DNA of 64,000 bases from Octopus bimaculoides. Its lineage: Eukaryota. The stretch is taken from contig NC_068984.1 in NCBI RefSeq assembly GCF_001194135.2, positions 85,527,073 through 85,591,072 of the forward strand. Reading direction: 5' to 3'. The notes below the pieces were generated by a model, which saw only the letters and a program-made list of their open reading frames with translations, searched no databases and was not told the DNA's origin. This document shows positions 37,734 to 49,958 of the stretch, piece by piece. Position 1 is the stretch's first letter, and each line of letters opens with the position of its first letter. The position numbers were made by a program, and so were the translations under genes.

Positions 37734-38029
37734 GTGAGGAGTCATTCACATACACACTTTTCTTGTTTTTTGTTTTTTTTAATATTATTATTACTATTGA
37801 TTCCGTTAATTAAATGTGTTTGAGTAATTAATGAATTGTTATTAATGTTTTTTTTTTTTTTGTAAGGGCGGGTAGTATTTACTTTTGTCGTCGAATGCTT
37901 TATTCGATCAGTGTATTCCCCACCCCTCGCTGCTACATTTGTAATAATGATTGATAACATGACAGACCGACAGACAAAGAGGACAAGGCGACGGATTATA
38001 TATATCCCCTCCCACCAACTTGTAAGGAT

Positions 38030-39020
38030 GAAAGGTGAAGTGAAGTTGGTCTAGCGGGGATCTGAACTTGGTTTTGATAACCACAGAGCTTGACTTCGGT
38101 GAAATTTGAACTCGGCATGTAAAGAACCAAGATAAATAAATACTACAGCATTTTGTCTGTCGCTCTAACGATTCTACCGGTCGACTACCCTAAATAATAA
38201 TCCTTTCTACTAAAGGCACATTTTGGAGGAGGGGACTAGTCGATTACATCGACCCAGTGTTTCACTGGTACTTAGTTTATCAACCCCGAAAGGATGAAAG
38301 GTAAAGTTGACCTCGACGGAATTTGAACTCGGGACGTAGAGACGGACGAAATGCCGCTAAGCATTTTTGCTCCACATGCTAACGCTCCAGCCAGCTTGCC
38401 ATTCTATAATAATGATAATAATTGTTTCTAATTGTAACACGCTGCTAGCGATTTTAAAGGAGTTAATCGCTTTCACTGCTTCCATTCTAGTACTTAACTG
38501 GTACTTATTTCATCGATCGCGAAAGGATGACAGGCAAAGTAAACCTCGGTGGTATTTGAACTCGGATCGTAAAAGAGCTGGAAGAATGTTGAATTTTTTT
38601 ATTTATTTATTTAGGCACAAGGCCAGCAATTTTGAGTAGATGGAGAGTAGTTAGTACCATCGACCTCAGTACTTGGCTGTTACTCTATAATATCGACCCC
38701 AGAGGGATGAAAATCGAAGTTGACTTCAACGGGATTCGAACTCAGAACATAAAGAATGCAGCAGAGCATTTTCCCCCGACGTTCTAACGCTTCTGTCAGT
38801 CTGTGGCCTTTAATGATGCTTGCTGATTTAGGCACAAGGCATGATTTTGAGGGGAGGGTGTAAGTCGATACCATTAACCTACAGGTATTAGATTGGTACT
38901 TTATATTTTATCGACCCTAGAGGGATGAAAGGCAAAGTTGGCCTCGGCAGAATGTGAACTCAGATTGTAAAAAGTAACTAAATACAGCAAATCATTTTGT
39001 CCGACCTTCTTACGGTTCCG
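38030..39020 (-). mobile_element. Head-to-tail cluster of about five family A SINEs
   Basis: Repeated gatgaaagg(c/t)aaagt...gaatttgaactc blocks at ~38030, 38290, 38520, 38705 and 38920. Confidence 0.85.
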
Positions 39021-41893
39021 CCTTGATGTTCATAATTATTGTATTAATGATGATGATTTCTTCATTGACTACTATCCTTTATGATTGAGAAAAAACATTG
39101 GGTGCGGTACAAGACGATACTGCGTGGAATTACGCGAAAAAAAGTCTAAAAGGTAAGTATATAACAAAGATAAGATGGGGGGTAAACCTCCGAGGGCTAC
39201 TTGTGGAAACCCTTTTGTATCGAGTTAAACCCCCTTCACGTTCTTAGTTCAAATCCCGCCGAAGTCAACTTTGCCTTTCATCTTTCTTGGTGTTGATCAA
39301 ATAAAGTACCTCTGAAGTACTGGGGTACTTTAAATAATACTGTAAATCCTATAAATTCACTACGAATGGAATCATGATAACAGATTAAGCCCGATTTCAA
39401 ACATTGGTACAATAATCTCTACACCTTATTCATCCACAAAACTGGAGTTGAATTGTGTACGTACGCACCTGATATTTATTTCTTCATCCTTAGGGGACAT
39501 GAAAGCAAAGTCGGCCACCGAGATTCGATCTCGGAAAGTAATGAAATTAAATACTGTAAACTGATTTAGTTCGACTCTGTCACTTTTTATCTGAATCTTT
39601 CTTTTTGACTAATCACAGACAACTAATTTGTGGAATCTACCTACGATGAACGACATGCCCCACCCCCCAACCTTGCCTATCCCATTATATTATCACATGA
39701 ATACTAACGTTGTTGATTAGCCGCAGGTCAATTCTGATCGAGCAACCCTATGATCAAACGTATTCCGATCACGAGTACATTTAGGATTACATTATTCAAT
39801 GTGTTCTTCATGTTTAAGATGATAGGGCGTAATTCGGGAGAGTTTTAACTGCGGTTTCTAGCGGCTACCTCGTTGGTGGTTATTTTTTGGTCCTAAGACA
39901 ATCTTGATCAGTGGCATTTCAATCGTGACCATTCCATTTTCGGAGGATAGTGTGTGATTTGAAGAAGATATGACTAGAAATATAAGAAACTATGTGTGTG
40001 TATTTATGTCATTTTGCTCAACATGCTTGGTATGTGTGTGTTCATTGTCTTTTTGCCCTCGATTCAGGTACATTTTGATTGGTTGATACTGCTAACTCCT
40101 CGCACTCGCAGTGTCTTTTCCATCTGGCTACTACAATTGAGTTTTCTGTTGAACAGGAAATTGGCACAATCGAACCCCAAGACCAAGTCTTCGTTGATGT
40201 AGCGGTTCTAATAAAAGCTCTGGTTGTTGGACGTACTTCAGTAGCCAAATCTGCCCTCCCCATCAATGTCACTCTCTCTCTCTCTCTGTCCAACATAATC
40301 TACCTACATTATACAACTCTTCTGCTCCAATCTCGCTTTACTGTATGTCTATTGATGTTGTTTAGCCCTAGGTCAAACCTAATCGAGTAGACCTTTGATT
40401 AGAGGCATTCTATCCGCGATCACCCCCGTCCTTTATTCAGATTTACGTCATCAAATGTATTTCCTTTTTAAAGACGGCAGTAAGGTGCAATTTGAAGGAG
40501 ATTTGGCTGTTACTTTTTAGCATGTTGTGCGCCCACGTAGTCTCTTTCACTGACTCAGTCGAACTATTCGGCGTGTACATAAATACACTGCACACATCCA
40601 AACTAACCGACGCATACACATATGGCAGAGATAGCTACTTCGCTAACACATACACACTTTAACATACATTAACATATATACCCTAAACACTACTTCACAT
40701 AGCGAATCCACCAGATCATTCATACACAATGTTTGTATCACGTCATAAGCGTGAGAAATTGCTTTAAAGCGAAAACAAAAGGTAAAAGTTTAATATTTTC
40801 AGGTGACTTATTGTAAAAGTCTGATTTCTCAGTAATTGGATCCAGGTGTTCAATAATAAAATATCTTTTAGTGAGATACTGTTATAGAAAATACTCATGT
40901 ACTTTATATCTTTATATACTATAGCTGACAGACTACCTACCCAATTGTCACTCTTTTCTATTGATAACTCTATTGAAACTCCGTGAAAACATACATAGAC
41001 GTATACTTAATTAACACAACGTCACACACACACACACACACACACACACCAAACTCCCCAACATGGCTCGACTTGCTAGAAGAAATAGCTGTCAAATAAG
41101 GACACATTAGGAAAAGTAGTTTCTGTAATGCATTAAAACGTTCAAAAACGCAGTGGTTACGGCTGAAAAGATCTTTTATCATAGGTGCGCTCGACAAAAA
41201 CTAATCTGGGGCTATACACCATCATCACAACACACAGAAAAGTCGCCGACAGACATGCGATAGATCATCCCTCCTTCCAAAAAAAAGTGGACTTAGCAGA
41301 CAAATGTTATGACCATCTCTGCCAGGAGCATTCTGACTGAAAGTGGAACCTTGATTATAAATTATCATCATCGCTGGAAGTAAAGGCGGCTGTGATAATA
41401 GTGATAGTGGCGGTTGTGTATGTAGATAGAATGGTTTCAATTAGATTCCAGTCGCCTATGGGTATGTACTGTGATGGTGGTGGTGGTGTTGGTGGTGGTG
41501 GTCTTGATAGTGGAAGGGAGTGGTTAAATTTATAGGTGGAAAGGTTATCGTTGTTGATATAGTTTGTCTAACCTCATTTCTGTATATAAAGACTGTCTTT
41601 ATAGAGAAATGTAGTGTTGGCTGATAGTTTTGGTGGCAGTGGTGACGGTCATGATTGCAGCTGTGGTGGAGATCGTCGCATTGTTGTTGATAGTGGTAGG
41701 AGAAATGTTGTAGTGTTCGTGGTTTGTTGGTTTGAAAGTAATTGCGGCAGTAGTAGTAATTGCTATTTCATTCAGATTCAGTACATCTGTCTAGGACTAT
41801 ATTCACTATCCGATGCTAAAGTGGTTTAGTTTAACTCGAGAGGGATTTGGTTGCTATTTCTAGCAGGTCGTGTACCAAAGCAGAGGCTTTGTC

Positions 41894-41941
<48 letters not shown>

Positions 41942-42210
41942 TGTGTGGTATGTATTGTATTTTTTCTGGCTGTGTAGACTCCAAAACAGTGATTGTGACA
42001 TTCTAACAGTCATACATTTATTTGATCGTCTACGGCTGGTTGACTACATAATATTTATTATATATTTCTGCCCATTGATACGTTTTCAGCCTTGACATTT
42101 TACTCGACTTAGGAAACCTCTAGATGGACGCTCTCTCTCATCAACAACAGTCAGATCTCCCTCGAAACGTGAAGGACACATAGATGGGCATATAGTTTTA
42201 CATATTCCTG

Positions 42211-42242
<32 letters not shown>

Positions 42243-42540
42243 ATGGAATGATCATGGCTAGAGTGTTCTTAGATCACATATTGTTTAATTAGAGTTGAGC
42301 TAGGTGGCACTAAGCGGCAACCACTGTTTTTGAACCATCGTCGGGGTCTTCTACGTGGTTGCTCGATCTGCTAGAAATAACAGCCATATTTCCCTCGAAT
42401 CGTGTTTTAACAAAGGACATATTGGATAATATTGTGTAATGAGTACGTGGTGTTATTATTATTATTTTTTTTTACAAAAAAGAAAAGAGAAAGAGATAAG
42501 AGAGAGGTCATATAGCTTGAATAATTTGGTTATGCTTGTG

Positions 42541-42627
42541 CTGCAAGTCAAAACGAAAGATGGCCCAGACGGTCATCCTCGATTAACAATGACATTTCTG
42601 CAAGTCAAAACGAAAGATGGCCCAGAC
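42541..42627. repeat. Perfect 30-bp direct repeat with 27-nt spacer
   Basis: CTGCAAGTCAAAACGAAAGATGGCCCAGAC at 42541-42570 and 42598-42627. Confidence 0.9.
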
Positions 42628-43377
42628 ACTGGGCTAAAATAACATCTGCTGGATACTTCTGTGTGTGTTACACACCCGCACGTCTCTGTGTGTGTATAAA
42701 GCGAGAGAGGGTGTATACATCTGCTTGTAGTATTTTAAAATGTGTGCACCAATTACGTATGTAATATATAGACACTCTTACATACACACACACGGTTGAT
42801 GTTTAGTGTGGTGTCGATGTGATCTAGTTTTGTATGTATGCTATGCGTGCTATTTAGCATTCAGGTCAGCTATGATCGAGTAGATTATATTTGAGCAAAG
42901 GTATTCTAACTGCGGCTACCCAGTCTTTTTTTTTTCTTTTCTGTATCAACGATTATTGTCCAAAGTATAGTTTGAGGTAGATTAGGCTGTTACCTCTAGC
43001 TGGTCGATGGACCGGGTAAGAGGCACCTCATAGTGTAATGTATGCGTGTGCGTGCGTGATCAATGGAAACCGAGTATGCACACACCACATGCAAATACAT
43101 GTGGTCATCCACACACTAGTTTCAATATTAGGTCTCTCAACACTCCTATGGTGTTTCTGCGATAGTGTTTATGATGATGATGATGATAATAAAAAAAGGG
43201 TATAAATGAGAAAGAAAAAATGTTAAAACGTATGTGTGTGTGTATATATATATATTCTAGATTGTTCCTTGCTGTCATTGATTGATTTCAGCTCATATTG
43301 GTCAATATAGTTTTCTCCCACCACAGCTGCCTTGCTCTTTCTCTCTCTCTCACACACACACACACAGACTGTGTGCT

Positions 43378-43468
<91 letters not shown>

Positions 43469-44814
43469 CTCCCGCCACTCCTTCGTCTATTCTTGGCACA
43501 TGTGCCATTAACCTCGTATTGTCAGTCTGTCGCCGCCACAACACTAGTCGCCTGTTAAAATAGGCGCCAGACTGCGCTTGCATGTATTAAAAATCGAATT
43601 TTACCCTCGCACACAAAAACACACACATTCTAAACAGCAGCAGGAAAGTTTCAAATGAGTCTTGCTAGAAATAACAGCCAAGTCAGCCTCAGAATCGACC
43701 ATATCGACTTAAAAATTAACATATTCAATAACATTTTACCCGCTCACTACCATAATGGGAAAGCTGCAAGAAATAATGACCAAGTTTCCCTCAAACCAAT
43801 ATTGTTTTCAAAAATGAAAGCATGTTATGGGATCCTAGATTCAAGGAAAATATTCGAAAATAAGACAAGGTGGTCACGGCTAAACTTTCGACCATGGAAG
43901 CTGTTTGATCAGGACTGGGGGTAATATAATCGACTTAATCATAATGTATGACTACTTATTTTAATAGACATCTGGAAGAATGAAAGACAAAGTGGACTTT
44001 GGCAGGATTCGAACCCACAGACCACAGAGCAACAAATTATCTAAGTTTACTACACTACATTTATTTTAGTCGACGCTTTACTGACTCTGCCATTCACATG
44101 CTTTCAAACAATAGCACAAAAGCTGTTTACTTTTATAATTTCATTCGCATACTGTTTGATTGGGCTTTATTTAATTCGGTAGGGATGAAAGGCAAAGTTG
44201 TCCGCGGTGAGATTAGAACTCAGAACGTAAAGAACTGTAACCGAATGTTGCAAAGCATTTCGACGTACGCTCTACCGATTCTGCATCGAGGTCGCCTCTA
44301 CGAGATTGCTTGATCGCCTAGAAATAGCAACCAAATCTCTCTGAGAAAAGGACATGTGAGATAATATGGGTTCAAGTTGCCCGCACATACGGAAAAATGG
44401 GGTGGTAACGGCTCAAATGCCTTTAATCATAGGTCTGCTCGATAGGGTTCGATTTAAGGGAGGTTTGGCTGCTATTTCCAGTAGATTGAGTAACCTTCAG
44501 GGTTCACATCTAGTTCATCACAACATGATTTGTTGCAAAGTTATAAAGTCTCCGATTTTATACGGCTCATCGGTGGTGGAAGTAACGTGATTTACTTGCT
44601 GCTATTTAGCCCCAAGTCAACTATGACCGATGACTGCTACTAATCAAAAGCAATCCAGTCGTGATCGCTTCGTCTTTTCTTTGGGGGAAGTGAGATGCGG
44701 TCAGTTCTTAACCTTTGTGTCAATACATCTGATTTAAGGGATATTTGGCTGCCATTTCTAGCAGGTCAAATGACCGCGTAAAAGCTCCCACTTTGATCTA
44801 CTTGCTTTGTTTGC

Positions 44815-44930
44815 GGACATCGCGACGACCTAAATGAAGTGAAATGGGCAGCGACGGGAATCGAGTCGAGTTCGGCGGGCAGAAGGGAGCAGGGGGCTTT
44901 TCGAATATAGTATAATGGCGTATTGTTGTT
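44815..44930. promoter_or_regulatory. CpG/GC-rich patch, possible promoter upstream of the right-hand CpG-depleted domain
   Basis: Dense CpGs and a GGCGGG box; no canonical TATA or Inr. Confidence 0.25.
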
Positions 44931-45963
44931 TATCTTCCTATCAACATATCTCTGACGATATCCACCCTCTCTCTCTTCTCCTTCTCCCCATAGTTACTTC
45001 CCACGTATTTCTGCTGTATATAACTGATCACAGAATAAAGTCGTTGTTCTTGTGTGTGTATGTGTAAATGTTCTTTTCCTTTTTTCTTTCAACCGTCACA
45101 TTACTTACTCCCCCACCATACACGTCTCCCTTGCCCACTGCTATTCTTCAATAAAAAAAAATAATAACTTATGGAGTCCTTACATCATCTTCGTTTTTTG
45201 CTGTTCCTCCCTCCACGTCTCCTTCCACTTTTCTTAACTTCGTTCTCGATTTCCTTCACCTCTGGCAGAATAAATTAAAGTCACCCTTTTTCTTTTCATT
45301 CCCGACTTTGACCTTTAAAGCAGAAGTGTAGAAGTGGGGCATAAAAGAGAAAACAACACTTCTAACAAAATCTACATCGTTTTACTCTTCCCTCCCCACA
45401 AAATGGTCGTTTGTTTGCCTCACCGTCTCAAACCTTTTGCCCTCCTATAGATCTAACCCTACCTACCTACCCAAGCATCATTCAACTTCAGTTAGGGCCA
45501 ACAACATTTAACAAACTTTCTCCTGCATACATTTCGTTTCTTTAAAACGTACCTTATCTCAACGTTTAAACTTTACAAATTGCTGTTGGTATTGATTGTT
45601 ACTGTTGTTTTGTCCCAGGTCAACCCCAATCCAAAAGATTTATGATAAAAAAAAAGTCGTTCTGACCATGACCATATACTATTCAATGTAGCCTTCCTTT
45701 TGTTTTAAACGCAGTAAGGTACAATTAGGTATGAGGTGGAGAGATTTGGTTGCTATTTTTAGCCCAGGTCTATGGTTGGTTCGTGGATTATTCAGTCCCA
45801 GGTCAGTTCGACCATCCCATCATTTTAATTTTCCAGACATAGCGTGTCTAGGACTTCAGTAGTCAATGAGTCAAACTTTTGAGAGGGTTGGGTGTGATAT
45901 ATGGCCTTTATTTCCATTGTCAGGCAACTAAGTATAGGTTAGCTTATTTAACTGTTTTTCCAG

Positions 45964-46091
45964 GAGGCAGAATCATCAATATTTCCTCGAATTTTGGTTT
46001 TTATTCTTCTCCAGACCTGCTACACTATCATCTTATAATCTCTGTCCCCCACTCTCTCTGTACTTCTCTTCTGTCTGACTCTGTTGGTTTG
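45964..46091 (+). other. Candidate exon (GRIINISSNFGFYSSPDLLHY...), product unknown
   Basis: Acceptor aactgtttttccag|G, donor TTTG|GTGAGA, open frame. Confidence 0.25.
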
Positions 46092-46909
46092 GTGAGAGCC
46101 ATGGAGAGTGGTGAAGGAGAGAAGAGCAGAAACTTTCAACAATAGAAAAACGTCAAAGCTTTTGTTAGATACAGCTCAGGAATAATACATTTTCCCTATC
46201 TTTTGCTCCTTTCCCTCCACCTTGTCTATAAATGGAGGTAGGAGAGAGCATGGTTATGACTATTGAACTTTCAAATTCTCCTTTCTTGTTTCTACTCACT
46301 TTTGTTTTACCAATATATCGTTGGATTGAAAATAGTGCTGAGGGAGATGGGGAAAAACATCTATATACATAGTATGTACTAACTTTCATTTTCCAAATTT
46401 GCCTTCTCTCTCCCTCCTCCTCCTTTCTCATCATTCTTGTCTCTGGGTATTTTAGATTTTAACTTCCTTCTCCAACAACCCTTCTTTCTCCCTCTCTTCC
46501 CTTCTCTCCGTCAGTCTGTCTGATTTTCTTTATGCAAACAGTTCTCCCATACTACGCTCGCTGTCCCTTGGGTGCAGAAGAGGAATAAAGGCTCCCTTGT
46601 TGTCATCACTAGCTCACGTCTTTCATTAGCTTACAAAATTACCAGAACTGGAAATTTCATTCACTCCACACATTTTCAGAATGTACTTTCTTAAATTTTT
46701 AACCTCAGGATACTAGCTTGACTTTCTGACTTTCTTTTGATATACTATTTACATGCCTAGTTGTATCACATTAATTACACACTGTACTTTTTTAATTTAG
46801 AGTGCTTATGAAATTGTCTTTGTTTAGAAAAATGTATTTTATTTTATTGCACTTTTGCCTTAGTTAAGTTGCTCCATAAGATGAACACAGAAAAATGCTT
46901 GTGTAGTTT

Positions 46910-47130
46910 ATATAACTATTTAACCTTAGGCAAAAGATGGCAACAGGACACGCACCACTTTTGAATTCTTCTACAGAAATTCCATGACATTATATACTTG
47001 TCAAGAAAGTCCCAGAGGTCATTTGTTAATTGTTGTAAGGAAGAAAAAGCTCTTCTATTTTGAAATTGTTTATTTTGTATGCCTCTCACCAACAAAAGCA
47101 AGAGGTTCGTTTGTTCCTTGATAGGACAGT
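46910..47130 (-). mobile_element. Tc1-family transposase C-terminal remnant
   Basis: LLVRGIQNKQFQNRRAF...LWDFLDKYIM...RRIQKWCV resembles WGxLVRxVYxxxxQFxNxxxL...W...SMPRRIxxCI. Confidence 0.5.
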
Positions 47131-48439
47131 AATTGATTTAACTGATCTTATTCGTTTTTTGTCCCATTGGCAAAAAAGTTAGGGTGTAGTGTTATGACAA
47201 GCCTGACAGTGGTTGTTGTTACCATGACCTAGGTCACCATGTCCTAACCTATCACTATATTTATAGACTATTGGCTTATAACCAATACTAAATGGGTATG
47301 TGGAACTGTTATGCCACCTTCATCCCCCTCTCTGTACTACAACAAGGAGCAGCTGCTGAGATTGATGCAAAGCTATGGAAATGCATTTTGGCTGTATGCA
47401 GTAACTAATCAACAATGCAATGAAGAGACAGTTGCTTTTCAAAGATTTTCAAGCTGATATGTTTTAGAGCAGGGATTGCAGATATTTGATATGCATGTCA
47501 GTGGCAAAATGCTGCAGCTTTTAAGTGACATGTGGTACACTTCAAAAATAAATAAAACAAAACAAAATTCTCCCTATATTGTCATGTGAAAAAAGCTTAT
47601 TGATAAGCATTTACCTAAAACTAAAAAACATGCAACATTCCAAAAACAGGTTTATAAAAGAAAATTAAATATTTTTAACCAAACTTTGCTGTTTTAGGGC
47701 CATCAGCTCAGTCAGTAAGGATTTTTCATGTTCCTCACTCAACATTGATACTTGAAGTCTACTACTTTGTCTTAGCTGGGACAATTTACCTACAGAAAAT
47801 TAGCACCCTGTCCATGTGATAGAATATGGAGCTATGCATTTGTCATATGTAATCCCAACATTCATGAAACAAGGAACTACCTGTCTTTCCGTGTAATAGA
47901 CTATACAACTGTGTAGTTGTTTGATCAATGAAAAATAATAACCAAATCTTCCTCAAATCACACACCATATTTTTTAAAAAGGGAAAGGACATCATACAAT
48001 GTAATCCTTGATATTTCTGAAGGACAGGATGGTCACAACTAGATTGTTTTTGATCATATGTTTACTCAACTGGAGTTAACCTGAAGCTCAACACCAACTT
48101 GCTTCAGTATTCTAAGATAAATCCGTCTATTCTAAGGATGTTAAAATTCTTCAGTAGACACCAATATGACAGTTCTTATTGGTTTCTTTTGAAGAGTTCT
48201 GACATTCTTGAAATAATAGAATGGAAAAAATTATCTAATAGAGCATATACCAAAATGTCGTTTATTAAAGAATATAGACTTTATGTGGCCATGTGACTGA
48301 TGTCTTCCAAAAATCTCTTATTTTTCATTTTTAAAAATTGATATTTTGGCAGTTCGTCCCTTATCTTTGTCTCCTTGCCAGGTCCTTACCGTTACATGTT
48401 TTTCTGTAACTGAATATCCTTTGAAAAATGACCCCATTT

Positions 48440-48800
48440 TTCACAGGAATTTTCAATGGCCGGATAACTGAAGAGATGTTGGCGTGGGCTCCCACCCCAG
48501 CATCTGAAACTCGGAGTTTTATCATGGCTACCGAATAAGTGTCACATATTTTTACAGATAAATTCCTCTATTTACATAATATCGAGGTCTCTTTCTTTCT
48601 TTTGTTGTCCTTCCTATCAATATATATATTATCTTCGAAACGTCAGATTAGAATAGAGGCAGCTGATGAAGGAATATTCCAAGTGGCTTTCCGTTTTCCT
48701 ATGTGTTCGTTCCGTTGTCTGTAGTTCATTGTTCTAACGTCCTGTACTCTGATATGCATATATATATATATACATGTAGATGTAAGTATGTACATATGTG
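48440..48800 (+). mobile_element. Penelope-like terminal fragment with permuted hammerhead halves
   Basis: attatcttc-GAAACGTC (~48627-48643) followed by CTGATGA-aggaatatt (~48663-48678); downstream part shared with the 19.8 kb copy. Confidence 0.6.
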
Positions 48801-48802
48801 TG

Positions 48803-49958
48803 TAGCTTCCGCTATCTGGGCGACCAAGTTAGTAGTGGGGGTGGGTGCGCTGAAAGTGTAGCTGCTAGAATAAGAATAGCCTGGGCAAAGTTTAGAGAGC
48901 TCTTACCCCTGCTGGCGACAAAGGGACTCTCACTCAGAGTAAAAGGCAGACTGTATGACGCATGCGTACGAACAGCCATGCTACATGGCAGTGAAACATG
49001 GGCTGTAACTGCTGAGGACATACGTAAGCTCGCAAGGAATGAACCCAGTATGCTCCGTTGGATGTGTAATGTCAATGTGAATACCCGTCAGAGTGTAAGT
49101 ATCTTGAGAGAAAAGCTGAACATTAGNNNNNNNNNNNNNNNNNNNNNNNNNNNNNNNNNNNNNNNNNNNNNNNNNNNNNNNNNNNNNNNNNNNNNNNNNN
49201 NNNNNNNNNNNNNNNNNNNNNNNNNNNNNNNNNNNNNNNNNNNNNNNNNNNNNNNNNNNNNNNNNNNNNNNNNNNNNNNNNNNNNNNNNNNNNNNNNNNN
49301 NNNNNNNNNNNNNNNNNNNNNNNNNNNNNNNNNNNNNNNNNNNNNNNNNNNNNNNNNNNNNNNNNNNNNNNNNNNNNNNNNNNNNNNNNNNNNNNNNNNN
49401 NNNNNNNNNNNNNNNNNNNNNNNNNNNNNNNNNNNNNNNNNNNNNNNNNNNNNNNNNNNNNNNNNNNNNNNNNNNNNNNNNNNNNNNNNNNNNNNNNNNN
49501 NNNNNNNNNNNNNNNNNNNNNNNNNNNNNNNNNNNNNNNNNNNNNNNNNNNNNNNNNNNNNNNNNNNNNNNNNNNNNNNNNNNNNNNNNNNNNNNNNNNN
49601 NNNNNNNNNNNNNNNNNNNNNNNNNNNNNNNNNNNNNNNNNNNNNNNNNNNNNNCTGCCTGACTGGCTCCCGTAGGATTTTCGAGCGAGATCGTTGCCAG
49701 TGCCCCTGGACTGGCTTGTGCGGGTGGCACATAAAAGACACCATTTCGAGCATGGCCGTTTTCGTGCGGGTGACACGTAAAAGCACCCACTACACTCTCT
49801 GAGTGGTTGGCGTTAGGAAGGGCATCCAGCTGTAGAAACTCTGCCAAATTAGACTGGAGCCTGGTGTTGCCATCCGGTTTCACCAGTCCTCAGTCAAATC
49901 GTCCAACCCATGCTAGCATGGAAAGCGGACGTTAAACGATGATGATGATGATGATGAT
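48803..49958 (+). mobile_element. Young 5'-truncated RTE LINE (gap inside)
   Basis: Open frame FRYLGDQVSSGGGCAESVAARIRIAWAKFRELLPLL...LYDACVRTAMLHGSETWA...SMLRWMCNV; CpG-intact 3' UTR and (GAT)n tail. Confidence 0.95.

Larger units (their letters stand above)
39690..45870. repeat. Dense cluster of unclassified family C repeat (ctagaaatagcagccaaatctccctc...gctaaacaacaac) in both orientations
   Basis: Copies at ~39700, 40350, 41080, 41830, 42110, 42350, 42850, 43660, 44310, 44460, 44600, 44740 and 45600; further copies at 3.6, 5.2-5.6, 30.9-31.3, 34.4-34.9, 48.0, 50.6-51.1 and 56.8 kb. Confidence 0.75.

Noticed and set aside
42541-42627. Mini-CRISPR (repeat-spacer-repeat)
   Set aside because: Only two repeats, not palindromic, no leader or cas genes.
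45964-46030. Short-chain dehydrogenase motif GRIINISS
   Set aside because: No YxxxK follows in frame and no other SDR exons were found; treated as coincidental.
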